From Actinomycetota bacterium (GTDB taxonomy: Bacteria > Actinomycetota > UBA4738 > HRBIN12), in assembly GCA_035640355.1 (NCBI GenBank), contig DASQWI010000014.1, forward strand, positions 9,133-73,132: a DNA stretch of 64,000 bases, given 5' to 3'. The position numbers and the translations under genes were made by a program. Below the pieces are notes generated by a model, which saw only the letters and a program-made list of their open reading frames with translations, had not been told where the DNA came from and made no database searches. Shown in pieces: positions 23,254-35,628 of the stretch. Positions within the stretch are counted from its first letter, which is position 1. Each line of letters opens with the position of its first letter.

Positions 23254-25416
23254 GTGGCGACGCCGGCGGAGACTCTCAACGTGACAGATACAGCGCAGAA
23301 GGTCGAGCAGCGGGGCAGGTCCGGGAAGGGCCTGGTCATCCGCGAGTACCCGCTGGGCAGAACCCGGAATATCGGGATCATGGCCCACATCGACGCGGGC
23401 AAGACGACGACGACCGAGCGCATCCTCTACTACACCGGCAAGGCCTACAAGATCGGCGAGGTCCACGAGGGCACCGCCCTGATGGACTGGATGGTCCAGG
23501 AGCGCGAGCGGGGCATCACGATCACCTCGGCCGCGACCACCACGATGTGGAAGGACCACTGGATCAACATCATCGACACGCCCGGTCACGTGGACTTCAC
23601 CGTCGAGGTCGAGCGTTCGCTTCGCGTCCTCGACGGCGCGATCGCCGTTTTCGATGCCGTCGCGGGCGTTGAGCCGCAGACCGAGACCGTCTGGCGTCAG
23701 GCGGACCGGTACCGAGTTCCCCGGATCGGGTTCGTCAACAAGATGGACCGAACCGGCGCGAACTTCGAGCGGACCGTCGAGATGATCGTCGACCGTCTGC
23801 ACGCGAACCCGCTCGTGCTCCAGCTGCCTTGGGGGACCGAGTCGAGCTTCCAGGGCGTCATCGACCTCGTCGAGATGAAGGCGCTGCACTGGATGTCCGA
23901 GATGGGCGAGGAGTGGGAGACCACCGAGATCCCCGAGGAGTACAAGGACCGCGCGTTCGAGGCGCACCACGAGCTCTTCGAGAAGCTCGCCGACCACGAC
24001 GAGGCGCTCATGGAGAAGTTCGTCGTGGAAGACGAGCCGACGCCAGAGGAGATGCAACGCGCTATCAGGCGCGCAACGCTCGCCGGGGAGGGCGTCCCCA
24101 TCCTCCTGGGCTCCGCCTTCAAGAACAAGGCGATCCAGCCGCTCCTCGACGCGATCGTGAACTACCTGCCGGCGCCGACCGACGTTCCGCCCGTGGAGGG
24201 TCACACGCTCACCAGCGAGCACGCCGAGCGCAAGCCCGAGGACACCGAGCCCTTCAGCGGGCTGGTGTTCAAGATCATGTCGGACCCCTACGTGGGCAGG
24301 CTGACGTACGTCCGGGTCTACTCGGGCGTCCTTCGCGCCGGCGCGCACGTGGAGAACACGACGAAGGACCGTAAGGAGCGCATCGGTCGCATCCTGCAGA
24401 TGCACGCGAACCACCGCGAGGACATGGAGGCCGCGTTCACCGGCGACATCGTCGCGATCGTCGGCCTCAAGCATTCGAGCACCGGTGACACGTTGGCCGA
24501 CCCGGCGAACCCGATCATCCTCGAGTCGATCAGCTTCCCGACGCCGGTCATCTCGGTCGCGGTGGAGCCGAAGACGAAGGCGGACCAGGACAAGCTGGCC
24601 TCAGGTCTTGGCAAGCTCGCCGACGAGGATCCGACGTTCGTCGTGAAGTACGACGACGAGACGGGACAGACCGTGATCTCGGGGATGGGCGAGCTCCACC
24701 TCGACATCATCGTGGACCGCCTGCGCCGTGAGTTCAGCGTTGACGCGAACGTCGGCAAGCCGCAGGTGGCCTATCGCGAGACGATCCGCAGGCCGGTCCA
24801 GAAGGTCGTGACGCGGTTCGTCCGCCAGACGGGTGGTCGCGGTCAGTTCGCTCACGTGGTCATCGATCTCGAACCGACCGGTCAGGGCGGCGGGTACGAG
24901 TTCGTCAACAAGATCGTCGGCGGCAAGATCCCGCGCGAGTACATCCCCGCGGTCGATCAGGGCATCCAGGAGGCGATGGAGTCCGGCGTGCTCGCCGGCT
25001 ACCCACTCGTCGACGTTCGAGCCACGCTCGAGGACGGCTCGTACCACGAGGTCGACTCGAGTGAGCTCGCCTTCAAGATCGCCGGCTCGATGGCGCTCAA
25101 GGACGCGGCGAAGAAGGCCGACCCCGTGCTGCTCGAGCCGGTCATGGAGTTCGAGGTCATCACGCCGGAGGAGTTCATGGGCGACGTGATGGGCGACGTC
25201 ACGTCGCGGCGAGGTCGCATCGAGCGGATCGACGACCGAAGCGGCCAGAAGGCGATCCGCGTGCTGGTCCCGCTGGCCGAGCTGTTCGGCTACGCGACCG
25301 ACCTGCGTTCGCGGACACAGGGCCGCGCGTCGCACACGCCGATGCAGCTGCATGCGTATAGCGAGGTGCCCGCGAACATCTCGCGCGAGATCGTCGCGCG
25401 CGTTCGCGGCGAGTAG
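23254..25416 (+). CDS. fusA: Elongation factor G
   Basis: GTG start with a [28 protein letters not shown], 720 aa, about 25-aa N-terminal extension. Confidence 0.95.
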   Translation: MATPAETLNVTDTAQKVEQRGRSGKGLVIREYPLGRTRNIGIMAHIDAGKTTTTERILYYTGKAYKIGEVHEGTALMDWMVQERERGITITSAATTTMWKDHWINIIDTPGHVDFTVEVERSLRVLDGAIAVFDAVAGVEPQTETVWRQADRYRVPRIGFVNKMDRTGANFERTVEMIVDRLHANPLVLQLPWGTESSFQGVIDLVEMKALHWMSEMGEEWETTEIPEEYKDRAFEAHHELFEKLADHDEALMEKFVVEDEPTPEEMQRAIRRATLAGEGVPILLGSAFKNKAIQPLLDAIVNYLPAPTDVPPVEGHTLTSEHAERKPEDTEPFSGLVFKIMSDPYVGRLTYVRVYSGVLRAGAHVENTTKDRKERIGRILQMHANHREDMEAAFTGDIVAIVGLKHSSTGDTLADPANPIILESISFPTPVISVAVEPKTKADQDKLASGLGKLADEDPTFVVKYDDETGQTVISGMGELHLDIIVDRLRREFSVDANVGKPQVAYRETIRRPVQKVVTRFVRQTGGRGQFAHVVIDLEPTGQGGGYEFVNKIVGGKIPREYIPAVDQGIQEAMESGVLAGYPLVDVRATLEDGSYHEVDSSELAFKIAGSMALKDAAKKADPVLLEPVMEFEVITPEEFMGDVMGDVTSRRGRIERIDDRSGQKAIRVLVPLAELFGYATDLRSRTQGRASHTPMQLHAYSEVPANISREIVARVRGE

Positions 25417-25431
25417 AGGAGACGAGAAGAG

Positions 25432-26616
25432 ATGTCGAAGAAGAAGTTCGAGCGCAACAAGCCCCACGTGAACGTGGGGACGATGGGACACATCGACCAC
25501 GGCAAGACCACGCTGACCGCGGCGATCACCAAGCGTCAGGCCGAGAAGGGTCTTGCCGAGTTCACGCCCTTCGACCAGATCGACAAGGCGCCGGAGGAGC
25601 GTGAGCGCGGGATCACGATCGCCATCGCCCACGTGGAGTACGAGACGGAGAACCGTCACTACGCCCACGTCGACATGCCGGGGCACGCCGACTACATCAA
25701 GAACATGATCACCGGCGCCGCGCAGGTCGACGGTGCGATCCTGGTGGTCTCGGCGGCGGACGGGCCCATGCCTCAGACCCGTGAGCACGTCCTGCTCGCC
25801 CGTCAGGTGGGTGTCCCGTACATCGTCGTCGCGCTGAACAAGGTCGACATGGTCGACGACGCCGAGCTGCTCGACCTGGTCGAGCTCGAGGTGCGTGAGC
25901 TGCTGTCGAGCTACGAGTACCCCGGCGACGAGGTGCCCGTGATCCAGGTCTCTGCGCTGAAGGCGCTCGAGGGCGACGAGCAGGCGATGTCCAAGATCGA
26001 CGAGCTGCTATCGGCAGTCGACACGTACGTACCGGAGCCGACTCGCGACGTCGACAAGCCGTTCCTCATGGCGATCGAGGACGTCTTCTCCATCACAGGC
26101 CGCGGAACGGTCGTCACGGGCCGCGTGGAGCAGGGCCGTCTTAAGAAGATGGGGGAGGTCGAGATCGTCGGCATCAAGGACACGCGCAAGACCGTCGCCA
26201 CCGACCTCGAGATGTTCCGCAAGCTCCTCGACGAGGTAGAAGCCGGCGACAACGTCGGCGTGCTCCTCCGCGGGATCGACAAGGAAGAGGTGGCGCGGGG
26301 CCAGGTGCTGTCGAAGCCGGGCTCGGTGACGCCGCATACGGAGTTCATGTCGCAGGTCTACGTCCTGTCCAAGGACGAGGGCGGACGACACACCCCGTTC
26401 TTCAACGGCTACCGCCCGCAGTTCTACTTCCGGACGACCGACGTGACCGGCACGGCGCACCTCCCCGATGGCGTCGAGATGGTCATGCCCGGCGACAACG
26501 TCGAGATGCGCGTGGAGCTCGGCGCTCCGATCGCCATGGAAGAGGGCCTGCGCTTCGCGATCCGCGAGGGCGGCCGAACCGTGGGTGCCGGCCGCGTCAC
26601 CAAGATCATCAAGTAG
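25432..26616 (+). CDS. tuf: Elongation factor Tu, copy 2
   Basis: 394 aa, about 90% identical to copy 1, in the canonical post-fusA position. Confidence 0.95.
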   Translation: MSKKKFERNKPHVNVGTMGHIDHGKTTLTAAITKRQAEKGLAEFTPFDQIDKAPEERERGITIAIAHVEYETENRHYAHVDMPGHADYIKNMITGAAQVDGAILVVSAADGPMPQTREHVLLARQVGVPYIVVALNKVDMVDDAELLDLVELEVRELLSSYEYPGDEVPVIQVSALKALEGDEQAMSKIDELLSAVDTYVPEPTRDVDKPFLMAIEDVFSITGRGTVVTGRVEQGRLKKMGEVEIVGIKDTRKTVATDLEMFRKLLDEVEAGDNVGVLLRGIDKEEVARGQVLSKPGSVTPHTEFMSQVYVLSKDEGGRHTPFFNGYRPQFYFRTTDVTGTAHLPDGVEMVMPGDNVEMRVELGAPIAMEEGLRFAIREGGRTVGAGRVTKIIK

Positions 26617-26644
26617 GAACGACAGGCCGAGGGGGAGCAGAGCG

Positions 26645-26953
26645 GTGGCGGGGCCCAGGATCAGGATCAAGCTTCGGGCGTACGACCATCGCATGCTCGA
26701 CGTGGCCGCTCGCGAGATCGTCGAGCACGTGACCCGGACCGGCGCCAAGGTCGTCGGGCCGGTGCCGCTACCGACCGAGCGGTCGATCTACACGGTCATC
26801 CGCTCGCCGCACAAATACAAGGACAGCCGCGAGCACTTCCAGATGCTCACGCATAAGCGGCTGATCGACATCGTGGACGCCACGTCGAAGACGGTTCAGG
26901 AGCTTCAGCGCCTGAACCTGTCGGCCGGCGTCGACATCGAGATCAAGCTCTAG
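26645..26953 (+). CDS. rpsJ: 30S ribosomal protein S10
   Basis: GTG 26645 after a GGGGGAG RBS ([15 protein letters not shown]...). The listed ORF starts far upstream, inside tuf. Confidence 0.9.
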   Translation: MAGPRIRIKLRAYDHRMLDVAAREIVEHVTRTGAKVVGPVPLPTERSIYTVIRSPHKYKDSREHFQMLTHKRLIDIVDATSKTVQELQRLNLSAGVDIEIKL

Positions 26954-26969
26954 GGGCTCGTTCAGGGCG

Positions 26970-27623
26970 ATGGCACAGGTCAAGGGAATCCTCGGGACGA
27001 AGCTGGGCATGACCCAGATCTTCGACGAAACGCGTGCGGTGCCGGTGACCGTGATCCAGGCCGGGCCGTGTGTCGTCGCGCAGGTCAAGACCGAGGCGCG
27101 TGACGGCTATCGAGCCGTGCAGCTCGCGTTCGGGGACACCAGGTCGCGCTCGGTGAACAAGCCGATGCAGGGGCATTTCGAGAAGGTCGATGCCGAGCCG
27201 GCTCGGTACCTGGTCGAGCTTCGAACCGACGACGCCGAGAGCTACACGCCGGGCCAGCTGATCAAGGCCGACGTGTTCGCTCCCGGTGAGCGCGCCGACG
27301 TGGTCGGCGTCTCGAAGGGCAAGGGGTTCGCCGGCGTGATGAAGCGCCATGGGTTCGCGGGGCTCTCGGGGAGCCACGGGACCGAGCGCAAGCACCGCTC
27401 GCCCGGTGCGATCGGCGCTTGCGCCACCCCTTCTCGCGTCTTCAAGGGCATGCCCATGGCCGGTCAGATGGGGAACGAACGCGTCACGGTGCTCAACCTG
27501 GAGGTCGTCCAGGCCGACCCCGAGCGCAACTTGCTCCTCCTGAAGGGCGCCATCCCCGGTCCGAGTGGCGGCCTGGTCATGGTCCGTTCGTCTGCCAAGC
27601 AGCCGGCGGAGAGTGGTGCCTGA
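26970..27623 (+). CDS. rplC: 50S ribosomal protein L3
   Basis: [20 protein letters not shown]..., 217 aa. Confidence 0.95.
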   Translation: MAQVKGILGTKLGMTQIFDETRAVPVTVIQAGPCVVAQVKTEARDGYRAVQLAFGDTRSRSVNKPMQGHFEKVDAEPARYLVELRTDDAESYTPGQLIKADVFAPGERADVVGVSKGKGFAGVMKRHGFAGLSGSHGTERKHRSPGAIGACATPSRVFKGMPMAGQMGNERVTVLNLEVVQADPERNLLLLKGAIPGPSGGLVMVRSSAKQPAESGA

Positions 27624-28297
27624 TGGCGAGCGTTCCCGTCGTCGACCCCACGGGGAAGAAGGTGGCGACGCGCGACTTGTCGGCCGACGTGTTCGAGGCG
27701 AAGGTGTCGGGGCCGCTGATGCATCAGGTCGTCGTGGCCGCGCAGGCGTCGCTTCGGCGAGGAACGCACGCGACCAAGACCCGGGGCGAGGTATCGGGTG
27801 GCGGCAAGAAGCCGTGGCGCCAGAAGGGGACCGGGCGTGCCCGGCAGGGTTCGACCCGGGCGCCGCAGTGGACGGGTGGCGGTGTCGTGCACGGGCCGCA
27901 CCCGCGCGATCACGACATCCGGATCAACAAGAAGATGCGGAAGGGCGCGCTCCGTTCGGCTCTGACCGATGCGCTGCAGAGCGACAAGCTCGTCGTCGTG
28001 AACGACCTCGAGTTCGACGAGCCGAAGACGAAGCGCGCGGCCGAGATGCTCGAGGCGTTGAAGGTCGGCGGCAAGGTGTTGCTCGTGCTGGCCGGGCCGA
28101 CGGAGACGGGAGCCGCGGAGAAGTCGTTTCGGAACATCGGGGGCGTTCGGGTCGCATACGCCGGGAGCCTCGGCGTGTACGAGGTGATCGCCGCCGACAA
28201 GCTGATCGTGACGAGCGCGTCGCTCGACGTTCTCGAGGGCGCGCGCGCCGCAGGCCCGGACGAGAAGGAAACGACGACGGACGGTGACGCCGAGTGA
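27623..28297 (+). CDS. rplD: 50S ribosomal protein L4
   Basis: ATG 27623 overlaps the rplC stop (TGATG). [15 protein letters not shown]... Confidence 0.9.
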   Translation: MASVPVVDPTGKKVATRDLSADVFEAKVSGPLMHQVVVAAQASLRRGTHATKTRGEVSGGGKKPWRQKGTGRARQGSTRAPQWTGGGVVHGPHPRDHDIRINKKMRKGALRSALTDALQSDKLVVVNDLEFDEPKTKRAAEMLEALKVGGKVLLVLAGPTETGAAEKSFRNIGGVRVAYAGSLGVYEVIAADKLIVTSASLDVLEGARAAGPDEKETTTDGDAE

Positions 28298-28584
28298 AGA
28301 CACCACGAGACATCATCTTCCGCCCGGTCGTGAGCGAGAAGTCCTACGCGGGGCTTGAGCAGAACACCTACACGTTCCTCGTGGACAAGCGTTCGAGCAA
28401 GACCGAGATCAAAGAGGCGATCCAGCAGATCTGGGGTGTCAGCGTGACCTCGGTTCGAACGCTGAACCGCAAGGGCAAGGTCAAGCGTCGCCGCTTCACC
28501 ATGGGTAAGCGAGCGGACGAGAAGCGCGCGGTCGTCACGCTGGCGGAGGGCGACCGCATCGAGATCTTCGAGACGGGGAAGTAG
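28294..28584 (+). CDS. rplW: 50S ribosomal protein L23
   Basis: GTG start overlapping the rplD stop. 96 aa. Confidence 0.95.
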   Translation: MKTPRDIIFRPVVSEKSYAGLEQNTYTFLVDKRSSKTEIKEAIQQIWGVSVTSVRTLNRKGKVKRRRFTMGKRADEKRAVVTLAEGDRIEIFETGK

Positions 28585-28588
28585 AGCA

Positions 28589-29422
28589 ATGGCCGTTCGG
28601 AAGTACAAGCCGACGTCGCCCGCGAGGCGGGGCGCCAGCGTGTCCTCGTTCGACGAGATCACACGCTCCTCGCCGGAGCGCAAGCTTCTCGACAAGGGTC
28701 GGAACCGCGCCGGGCGGAACACGCACGGCCGCGTCACCACGCGTCACCAGGGCGGCGGCAACAAGCGCCGCTACCGCGTGATCGACTTCAAGCGGAACAA
28801 GGACGGCGTTCCGGCGAAGGTCGCGCATATCGAGTACGACCCGAACCGGACGGCGCGCATCGCGCTGCTGCACTACGCCGACGGCGAGAAGCGGTACATC
28901 CTCGCCCCGAACGGTCTGTCGCCGGGCGCCCGCGTGGTATCTGGCGAGGGTGCTGACGTTCGGCCGGGGAACGCCCTCCCGCTCCGGAACATCCCGGTGG
29001 GGACCACCGTGCACGCCGTGGAGCTCAAACCCGGCGGCGGTGCGCGAATGGCGCGATCGGCCGGGGCGAGCGTGCAGGTGATGGCCAAGGAGGCCGGCTA
29101 CGCCACCATACGCCTGCCCTCCGGTGAAACCCGGATGGTCCTGGCCTCTTGCAGGGCAACCGTCGGCGAGGTCGGCAACGCCGAGCACGAACTCATTCAA
29201 CTCGGCAAGGCGGGGCGGTCACGGTGGAAGCGGAAGCGGCCGTCGGTCCGCGGCGTGGCGATGAACCCGGTCGACCATCCGCTCGGCGGCGGCGAAGGCA
29301 AGAGCTCGGGCGGTCGTCACCCGACCACCCCGTGGGGGAAGCCCGAGGGCCGGACGCGCAAGAAGAAGAAGGCGTCGAACAAGCTCATCGTGCGGCGCCG
29401 CGGGAAGGGGCGTGGTCAGTGA
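28589..29422 (+). CDS. rplB: 50S ribosomal protein L2
   Basis: [15 protein letters not shown]..., 277 aa. Confidence 0.95.
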   Translation: MAVRKYKPTSPARRGASVSSFDEITRSSPERKLLDKGRNRAGRNTHGRVTTRHQGGGNKRRYRVIDFKRNKDGVPAKVAHIEYDPNRTARIALLHYADGEKRYILAPNGLSPGARVVSGEGADVRPGNALPLRNIPVGTTVHAVELKPGGGARMARSAGASVQVMAKEAGYATIRLPSGETRMVLASCRATVGEVGNAEHELIQLGKAGRSRWKRKRPSVRGVAMNPVDHPLGGGEGKSSGGRHPTTPWGKPEGRTRKKKKASNKLIVRRRGKGRGQ

Positions 29423-29700
29423 CGCGCAGCATCAAAAAGGGCCCGTTCGTCGACGACCACCTGATGATCAGGATCGTCGAGATGAATCGGCGCAACGAGA
29501 AAACGGTTGTGCGCACCTGGTCGCGCCGCTCGACGATCGTGCCCGAGATGGTGGGTCACACGATCGCCGTGCACGATGGTCGGAAGCACGTCCCGCTGTA
29601 CATCTCCGAGTCGATGGTCGGGCACAAGCTCGGCGAGTTCGCGCCCACGCGAACGTTCCGATCGCACGCGCGCGCGGAACGATCGACGACCGCGAGGTAG
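29419..29700 (+). CDS. rpsS: 30S ribosomal protein S19
   Basis: GTG 29419 overlapping the rplB stop. [14 protein letters not shown]... Confidence 0.9.
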   Translation: MTRSIKKGPFVDDHLMIRIVEMNRRNEKTVVRTWSRRSTIVPEMVGHTIAVHDGRKHVPLYISESMVGHKLGEFAPTRTFRSHARAERSTTAR

Positions 29701-29714
29701 AGGGAACGAAAGAC

Positions 29715-30059
29715 ATGCAAGCCAAAGCGACGGTGAAATACGCGAGGATCACGCCCTCCAAGGCGCGCCGAGTGATCGAGATGATCCGCGGGCGCCAGAT
29801 CGACGAAGCGCGTCGCATCCTGCGGTTCTCGCCGCTCGGCGCGGCGAAGACGGTGGAGAAGGCACTGAACTCTGCCGTGGCGAATGCCGAGCAGCAGCCG
29901 GGGGTCGCGCCGCAGAACCTCGTCGTCGAGCGGGCGTGGGTCGACGAGGGCCCGACGCTCAAGCGTTGGCGTCCCAGGGCCTACGGCCGCGCGACCAAGG
30001 TGTTCAAGCGCACGTCGCACATCACGCTGGTAGTGACGTCGTTGGGAGAGGAAGAGTAA
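29715..30059 (+). CDS. rplV: 50S ribosomal protein L22
   Basis: ATG 29715 after a GAGGGA RBS. MQAKATVKYARITPSKARRV... Confidence 0.9.
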   Translation: MQAKATVKYARITPSKARRVIEMIRGRQIDEARRILRFSPLGAAKTVEKALNSAVANAEQQPGVAPQNLVVERAWVDEGPTLKRWRPRAYGRATKVFKRTSHITLVVTSLGEEE

Positions 30060-30980
30060 GTGGGTCACAAGGTCAACCCGTACGGGTTCCGTCTGGGGGT
30101 CATCTACCCCTGGAAGTCCAACTGGTTCGCCCGGCGCGATTACGCGACCCAGCTGCACGAGGACGTCTGGATTCGAAAGCACATCCGGTCTCGCCTGGCG
30201 CGCGCGGGAATCTCGAGCATCGACATCGAGCGCAAGGGCGACCAGATCTGGGTGTACATCCGCACGGCCCGGCCGGGGATCGTGATCGGCAGAAAGGGCG
30301 CCGAGGTCGACCGGATCCGCAAGGACATCGAACGGGTCACCAAGAAGCGCGTCGACGTGAAGGTCGAGGACATGAACTCCGCCGCGTCGGAGGCGCGCCC
30401 CGAGACCGACGCGACGCTGCTCTCGCAGGGCGTTGCCGAGCAGCTCGCCGGTCGCGTGTCGTTCCGTCGCGCGATGCGCAGGGCCGTACAGACCGCCATG
30501 CGCTCGGGTGCCCTCGGCGTTCGCGTGCAATGCGGAGGCCGCCTCGGTGGGACCGAGATGTCGCGGCGGGAGTGGTATCGCGAGGGTCGCGTTCCGTTGC
30601 ACACGCTGCGCGCGAAGATCGATTTCGGTCAGGCCGAAGCAAAGACGACGTTTGGCCAGATCGGCGTGAAGGTGTGGGTCTACCACGGTGACGAGATCCC
30701 GCAGGCGGAGCAAGAAACCGAGCGTCTGCGCGCTCGCGCCCTCGCCCAGGTGGCCAGCGGCGGCGGCGCCTCGACCGGTGCGCTCATCACCGACGTCCGC
30801 GAGGCCGCCGAGGTCGCCGAACCCGAAGAGGCTGAGCCAACCGTGGAAGCGGAGGAGGCCGAGGCGGAGGAACCGACCGGCGACCCGTCGACGGGCGAAG
30901 CCGCGCCGAGCGCGAACGCTACCGTCGACGAGGAGCCCAAGCGCGCTGCCGCGGAGGCCCCGCCCGAGGAGGATCGTTGA
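30060..30980 (+). CDS. rpsC: 30S ribosomal protein S3 with ~70-aa acidic C-terminal tail
   Basis: GTG start. KH and S3-C domains. Tail ...[33 protein letters not shown]...PPEEDR. Confidence 0.95.
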   Translation: MGHKVNPYGFRLGVIYPWKSNWFARRDYATQLHEDVWIRKHIRSRLARAGISSIDIERKGDQIWVYIRTARPGIVIGRKGAEVDRIRKDIERVTKKRVDVKVEDMNSAASEARPETDATLLSQGVAEQLAGRVSFRRAMRRAVQTAMRSGALGVRVQCGGRLGGTEMSRREWYREGRVPLHTLRAKIDFGQAEAKTTFGQIGVKVWVYHGDEIPQAEQETERLRARALAQVASGGGASTGALITDVREAAEVAEPEEAEPTVEAEEAEAEEPTGDPSTGEAAPSANATVDEEPKRAAAEAPPEEDR

Positions 30981-31399
30981 TGCTCGCGCCCAAGAAGGTC
31001 AAGCATCGCAAGGTGCACCGGGGGCGGCGTCGAGGTCGGGCCAAGGGCGGCACCGAGATCCAGTACGGCGACTACGGCCTTGTGGCGCTGGAGCCGGCGT
31101 GGATCACCAACCGGCAGATCGAGGCGGCCCGGGTGGCGATCACGCGCCACATCCGTCGCGGCGGGAAGGTGTGGATCAACATCTTCCCCGACAAGCCCGT
31201 CACGAAGAAGCCGGCCGAGACGCGAATGGGCTCGGGGAAGGGCAACCCGGAGGGCTGGGTCGCCGTCGTGAAGCCGGGCCGCGTGATGTTCGAGCTGGCC
31301 GGCGTCTCCGACACGCTTGCCCGCGAGGCCATGAGCCGCGCCGCGCACAAGCTGCCCATCAAGACGAAGCTCATCTCCCGTGCGGGGGGTGGTGAGTGA
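30980..31399 (+). CDS. rplP: 50S ribosomal protein L16
   Basis: ATG 30980 overlapping the rpsC stop. [11 protein letters not shown]... Confidence 0.9.
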   Translation: MLAPKKVKHRKVHRGRRRGRAKGGTEIQYGDYGLVALEPAWITNRQIEAARVAITRHIRRGGKVWINIFPDKPVTKKPAETRMGSGKGNPEGWVAVVKPGRVMFELAGVSDTLAREAMSRAAHKLPIKTKLISRAGGGE

Positions 31400-31623
31400 T
31401 GGCACGAGTGCGAGAGCTCCGCGACCTCGGTGAACAGGACCTGCTCGAACGACTCGAGTCTTCCAAGGAGGAGCTGTTCAACCTGCGCTTCCAGCTCGCC
31501 ACCGGGCAGCTCGACAATCCCATGCGGGTCAAGCAGCTGCGTCACGAGATCGCACAGATCCTCACGGTTCTCCGCGAGCGTGAGCTCGACCAGGAGCGTG
31601 AGGCCGTGGAGTCCCAGCCATGA
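31399..31623 (+). CDS. rpmC: 50S ribosomal protein L29
   Basis: [38 protein letters not shown]. Start overlaps the rplP stop (GTG 31396 is an alternative). Confidence 0.85.
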   Translation: MARVRELRDLGEQDLLERLESSKEELFNLRFQLATGQLDNPMRVKQLRHEIAQILTVLRERELDQEREAVESQP

Positions 31624-31916
31624 GCGAACGAGAGCGAGACATGAGCGAGACATCGCAAGTGACCGAACGGGGGCGCCGGAAGGTCCGAACGGGCGTGGTC
31701 GTGTCCGACAAGATGGACAAGACCGTCCTCGTCCGCATCGACCGCAAGGTTCGACACCCGCTGTACCGCAAGACGGTCGCGCGTTCGAACAAGCTCGCCG
31801 CGCACGACGAGAACAACGATGCACATGTCGGTGACACGGTTCGCGTGATGGAGACGCGTCCGCTCAGCAAGACCAAGCGGTGGCGCCTCGTCGAGGTCGT
31901 CCAAAGGGCGAAATAG
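31620..31916 (+). CDS. rpsQ: 30S ribosomal protein S17
   Basis: ATGA overlap with rpmC, GGAG RBS. ...[24 protein letters not shown]... Alternative ATG at 31641. Confidence 0.85.
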   Translation: MSERERDMSETSQVTERGRRKVRTGVVVSDKMDKTVLVRIDRKVRHPLYRKTVARSNKLAAHDENNDAHVGDTVRVMETRPLSKTKRWRLVEVVQRAK

Positions 31917-31930
31917 GAAACAGAGGAGCA

Positions 31931-32302
31931 GTGATTCAGCAGGAGACCCGATGCAAGGTCGCAGACAACACGGGGGCCAAGGAGGTCCTGGTGATCCGCG
32001 TCCTCGGCGGCTCACACCGGCGGTATGCCGGCGTGGGTGACGTCGTCGTCGGCTCCGTGAAGGACGCGCTGCCGGGTGGCGGCGTCAAGAAAGGTGAAGT
32101 GGTGAAGGCAGTGGTCGTTCGAACCGCCAAGGAGCGTCGAAGGCCGGACGGTTCGTACATCAAGTTCGATGACAATGCGGTGGTCTTGCTCACGACCGAC
32201 GCGAAGAACCCGCGCGGCACGCGCATCTTCGGCCCGGTCGCCCGCGAGCTCCGCGAGAAGCGGTTCATGAAGATCATCTCGCTTGCCCCGGAGGTGCTGT
32301 AG
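31931..32302 (+). CDS. rplN: 50S ribosomal protein L14
   Basis: GTG 31931 after an [25 protein letters not shown]... Confidence 0.9.
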   Translation: MIQQETRCKVADNTGAKEVLVIRVLGGSHRRYAGVGDVVVGSVKDALPGGGVKKGEVVKAVVVRTAKERRRPDGSYIKFDDNAVVLLTTDAKNPRGTRIFGPVARELREKRFMKIISLAPEVL

Positions 32303-32304
32303 CG

Positions 32305-32643
32305 ATGCCAGGCGTCGACATCAAGAGGGACGACACGGTCCGCGTGATGAACGGCAAGAGCCGCGGTCACGTCGGGCGCGTGATCCGCGTGCTCCCCCGG
32401 GAGCGGCGGGTACTCGTCGAAGGCGCCGCGATGGCCAAGAAGCACCAGCGGACGACTGGCAAGCGCTCCTCGAGCGGATCGCAGCTGCAGCAGGGCGGCA
32501 TCATCGACACCGAGCAACTCATCGACATCTCGAACGTACAGCCCGTGTGTCGGAGCTGCGGCAAACCGACGCGGGTCGGCCACCGCGTCGAGGACGATGG
32601 CACGCGCGTGCGCATCTGTCGCAAGTGTGGTGAGGACCTGTGA
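32305..32643 (+). CDS. rplX: 50S ribosomal protein L24 carrying a C-terminal CxxC-x19-CxxC motif
   Basis: KOW region ([19 protein letters not shown]). C-terminus [34 protein letters not shown] with four Cys. Confidence 0.9.
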   Translation: MPGVDIKRDDTVRVMNGKSRGHVGRVIRVLPRERRVLVEGAAMAKKHQRTTGKRSSSGSQLQQGGIIDTEQLIDISNVQPVCRSCGKPTRVGHRVEDDGTRVRICRKCGEDL

Positions 32644-33224
32644 GTCAAACGACGTACGTTCCCCGGCTGAAGACGCGCTTCCGCGAGGAGGGCGTGCCAC
32701 GTCTGCAGCGCGAGCTCGGTTTGGACAACCCGATGCAGGTTCCTCGACTCGACCGCGTCGTCCTGAACATGGGCGTTGGTGACGCCCTCAAGGACGGCCG
32801 TATGCTGGAGGCCGCGGTCGACGACCTCACGACGATCACCGGGCAGAAGCCGGTGATCACCAAGGCCCGGAAGTCCATCGCCGGGTTCAAGCTGCGCGAG
32901 GGCATGGCGATCGGCGCGAAGGTCACCCTGCGGGGCGACCGGATGTGGGAGTTCATCGATCGGCTCGTGGCGATCGCGATCCCCCGGATCCGGGACTTCC
33001 GCGGGCTGAACCCGAGCGCGTTCGACGGCGGTGGGAACTTCACGCTCGGGCTGACCGAGCAGCTGATCTTCCCGGAGATCGACTACGACAGGGTGGTCAA
33101 GGTCCGGGGGATGGACATCACGGTCGTGACGACCGCGAAGAACGACGAGGAAGGACGCGCGCTGCTGGTGGCGCTGGGGTTCCCGTTCGAGGGGATCCCG
33201 GTGGTGCAAGCGGAGGCGTCGTAG
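32640..33224 (+). CDS. rplE: 50S ribosomal protein L5
   Basis: GTG start overlapping the rplX stop. 194 aa. Confidence 0.95.
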   Translation: MSQTTYVPRLKTRFREEGVPRLQRELGLDNPMQVPRLDRVVLNMGVGDALKDGRMLEAAVDDLTTITGQKPVITKARKSIAGFKLREGMAIGAKVTLRGDRMWEFIDRLVAIAIPRIRDFRGLNPSAFDGGGNFTLGLTEQLIFPEIDYDRVVKVRGMDITVVTTAKNDEEGRALLVALGFPFEGIPVVQAEAS

Positions 33225-33238
33225 CGAGGACAACGGAT

Positions 33239-33424
33239 ATGGCGAAGAAAGCGCTGATCAACAAGCAGCAGCAGCAGCAGAGGTTCAAGGTACGCGAGTA
33301 CACGCGATGCTCGCGATGCGGTCGCGCACGCGCCGTGTACCGCGGCTTCATGCTCTGCCGGATCTGCCTGCGCGAGCTCGCACACGCGGGCGAGCTGCCG
33401 GGGGTGACCAAGGCGTCATGGTGA
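33239..33424 (+). CDS. rpsN: 30S ribosomal protein S14 type Z (zinc-binding, 61 aa)
   Basis: [61 protein letters not shown]. CxxC...CxxC zinc ribbon. Confidence 0.9.
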   Translation: MAKKALINKQQQQQRFKVREYTRCSRCGRARAVYRGFMLCRICLRELAHAGELPGVTKASW

Positions 33425-33831
33425 GGCTTGCCACCAACGTCTCGGACCCCATCGGGGACCTGTTGGCGCGGATCCGCAACGCGAACCTCGCCTACAAGGA
33501 CGACCTGATCGTGCCGGCGTCCAAGATGAACGAGGCGATCGTGAAGATCCTTGCGGCCGAGGGCTTCGTCGGCGGATACGAGCCGGAGGGTGACGGGCTC
33601 GACCGGACACTCCGGGTGACGCTGAAGTACGGCTCGAAACGCGAGCGCACGATCACCGGGTTGAAGCGTGTGAGCCGCCCGGGACGGCGCATGTACGCGG
33701 GGCGGACCGGTCTCCCGCGCGTGCTCGGTGGTCTCGGCGTCGCCATCGTGTCGACGTCGCAGGGTGTGATGACGGACCGTGACGCCTCCCGCAAGGGCAT
33801 CGGCGGCGAGGTCCTCGCGTACGTTTGGTAG
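33418..33831 (+). CDS. rpsH: 30S ribosomal protein S8
   Basis: ATG 33418 overlapping the rpsN 3' end. ...[13 protein letters not shown]... Confidence 0.9.
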   Translation: MVRLATNVSDPIGDLLARIRNANLAYKDDLIVPASKMNEAIVKILAAEGFVGGYEPEGDGLDRTLRVTLKYGSKRERTITGLKRVSRPGRRMYAGRTGLPRVLGGLGVAIVSTSQGVMTDRDASRKGIGGEVLAYVW

Positions 33832-33844
33832 CAGGGGTAGCGAT

Positions 33845-34393
33845 ATGAGTCGTATCGGCAGACAACCCATCGAGATCCCGAGCGGGGTCGACGTCACGAT
33901 CGAGGACTCCTCGGTGACCGTGAAGGGCCCGCGAGGAACGCTCAGCACGCGTTTCCATCCCGAGATGCGCGTCGTCCACGAGGACGCCGCGATCCGCGTC
34001 GAGCGACCAAGTGACGAGGGATTCCACCGGAGCCTGCATGGCCTCACGCGCTCGCTGATCGCGAACATGGTCGAGGGCGTGACGAAGGGGTACGAGAAGC
34101 GCCTGGCCATCGTCGGTGTCGGCTATCGCGCCGCGATGCGCGGCAACGCGCTTGAGCTGCAGGTGGGCTACTCACACCCCGTTCCGTTCCCGGCACCGGA
34201 GGGCATCGAGTTCGAGGTTCCCACCCCCACGTCAATCGTCGTTCGCGGCAACGACAAGCAGCTGGTCGGCGAGGTGGCCGCCAACATCCGGAAGGTACGC
34301 AAGCCGGAGCCGTACAAGGGCAAGGGCATCCGCTACGAGAACGAGTATGTGCGCAAGAAGGCCGGCAAGGCCGCGAAGACCGGGGCCGCGTGA
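33845..34393 (+). CDS. rplF: 50S ribosomal protein L6
   Basis: ATG 33845. [31 protein letters not shown]... Confidence 0.9.
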   Translation: MSRIGRQPIEIPSGVDVTIEDSSVTVKGPRGTLSTRFHPEMRVVHEDAAIRVERPSDEGFHRSLHGLTRSLIANMVEGVTKGYEKRLAIVGVGYRAAMRGNALELQVGYSHPVPFPAPEGIEFEVPTPTSIVVRGNDKQLVGEVAANIRKVRKPEPYKGKGIRYENEYVRKKAGKAAKTGAA

Positions 34394-34421
34394 TGCGGGC
34401 GGGTGGGGCCAGGTGAATGCC

Positions 34422-34766
34422 AAGACCAAGCACGATGCTCGTGTTCGCCGCCACGTCCGGACCCGGACGAAGGTCAGCGGCACCGCGGAACGACCGCGTC
34501 TCGCGGTGTTCCGTTCCAATCGGCACATCTACGCGCAGCTGATCGACGACTCGGCTTCTCGAACGCTCGTGGCAGCGTCGGACCGCGAGGTGCAGGGTCG
34601 CGGCGACGGCAAGACGAGTTCGGCCAAGGCGGTGGGCGAACTGATCGCCGAGCGCGCAAAGGCCGCCGGCATCGAGGCCGTTGTGTTCGACCGGGGCGGA
34701 AGGCTGTACCACGGACGTGTCGCAGCCCTCGCCGAGGGAGCACGCGAGAAGGGACTTCGGATCTGA
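34422..34766 (+). CDS. rplR: 50S ribosomal protein L18
   Basis: GTG 34422 ([35 protein letters not shown]...). Exact start uncertain. Confidence 0.85.
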   Translation, partial: KTKHDARVRRHVRTRTKVSGTAERPRLAVFRSNRHIYAQLIDDSASRTLVAASDREVQGRGDGKTSSAKAVGELIAERAKAAGIEAVVFDRGGRLYHGRVAALAEGAREKGLRI

Positions 34767-34768
34767 CC

Positions 34769-35404
34769 ATGCGCCGATATGACTCACAGGGCGAGAAGAG
34801 CATCTACGAGGAGCGGGTCATCGCGATCAACCGCGTGGCCAAGGTGGTCAAGGGGGGCCGTCGCTTCTCGTTCGCCGCTCTCGTCGTCGTCGGCGACGGT
34901 GCGGGTCGCGTTGGTCTCGGCTATGGCAAGGCCAAAGAAGTCCCGGCCGCGATCTCGAAGGGCATCGAGGAGGCCAAGCGCAAGATGTTCGAGGTTCCGA
35001 TGATGGGGACGACGATCCCGCACCAGGTGTTCGGTGAGGACGGGGCCGGCGTCGTGCTGCTGAAGCCGGCCGCGCCGGGGACCGGCGTCATCGCCGGCGG
35101 TCCCGTTCGCGCTCTCGTCGAGGTCGCCGGGATCAAGGACATCCTGTCGAAATCGCTCGGCTCATCGAACGCCATCAACATCGTGAAGGCGGCGATGAGC
35201 GGCCTTCGCTCGCTCAAGCGTCCCGAAGAGGTGGCGCGGCTGCGCGGGCGTGATGTTCGCGACGTGGCGCCGAAGCCGATGCTGGATGCGGTGAGCGCCG
35301 CGCAGGATCGGATGCAGGCGGCGCGCGCCGCGAAGCTCGAGGAGGTCTATGGCGACCAAGCCGGAGCCTCGCCGGAATCGCCGTCGGGCGGAGGCCGCCG
35401 ATGA
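34769..35404 (+). CDS. rpsE: 30S ribosomal protein S5
   Basis: ATG 34769 ([35 protein letters not shown]...). The upstream part of the listed 34403 ORF is an out-of-frame overlap with rplF/rplR. Confidence 0.9.
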   Translation: MRRYDSQGEKSIYEERVIAINRVAKVVKGGRRFSFAALVVVGDGAGRVGLGYGKAKEVPAAISKGIEEAKRKMFEVPMMGTTIPHQVFGEDGAGVVLLKPAAPGTGVIAGGPVRALVEVAGIKDILSKSLGSSNAINIVKAAMSGLRSLKRPEEVARLRGRDVRDVAPKPMLDAVSAAQDRMQAARAAKLEEVYGDQAGASPESPSGGGRR

Positions 35405-35628
35405 CCTCGCGCTCGAGGAGCGAAGCGGTGGCGCACGGCAGAAGGCTCAAGGTCACGCAGGTCCGGAGCGTCATCAACAGGCCGAAGGACCAGAAGTCGA
35501 CGGTGCGACGTCTCGGCCTGCACCGGATCAACGACACCGTGGTGAAGGACGACCGTCCCGAGATCCGGGGGATGATCGAGAAGGTCCGTCACCTGGTTGA
35601 GGTAGAGGTAGTAGAGGAGTCGTCGTGA
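35401..35628 (+). CDS. rpmD: 50S ribosomal protein L30
   Basis: ATGA overlap with the rpsE stop. ...[27 protein letters not shown]... Alternative GTG at 35428 would give a more typical 66-aa L30. Confidence 0.8.
   Translation: MTSRSRSEAVAHGRRLKVTQVRSVINRPKDQKSTVRRLGLHRINDTVVKDDRPEIRGMIEKVRHLVEVEVVEESS

Noticed and set aside
24601-25788. 395-aa minus-strand ORF
   Set aside because: Antisense to the fusA/tuf junction. No recognisable domains.
34403-34768. Upstream part of the listed 333-aa ORF
   Set aside because: It overlaps rplF and rplR in another frame. The S5 homology starts at ATG 34769.
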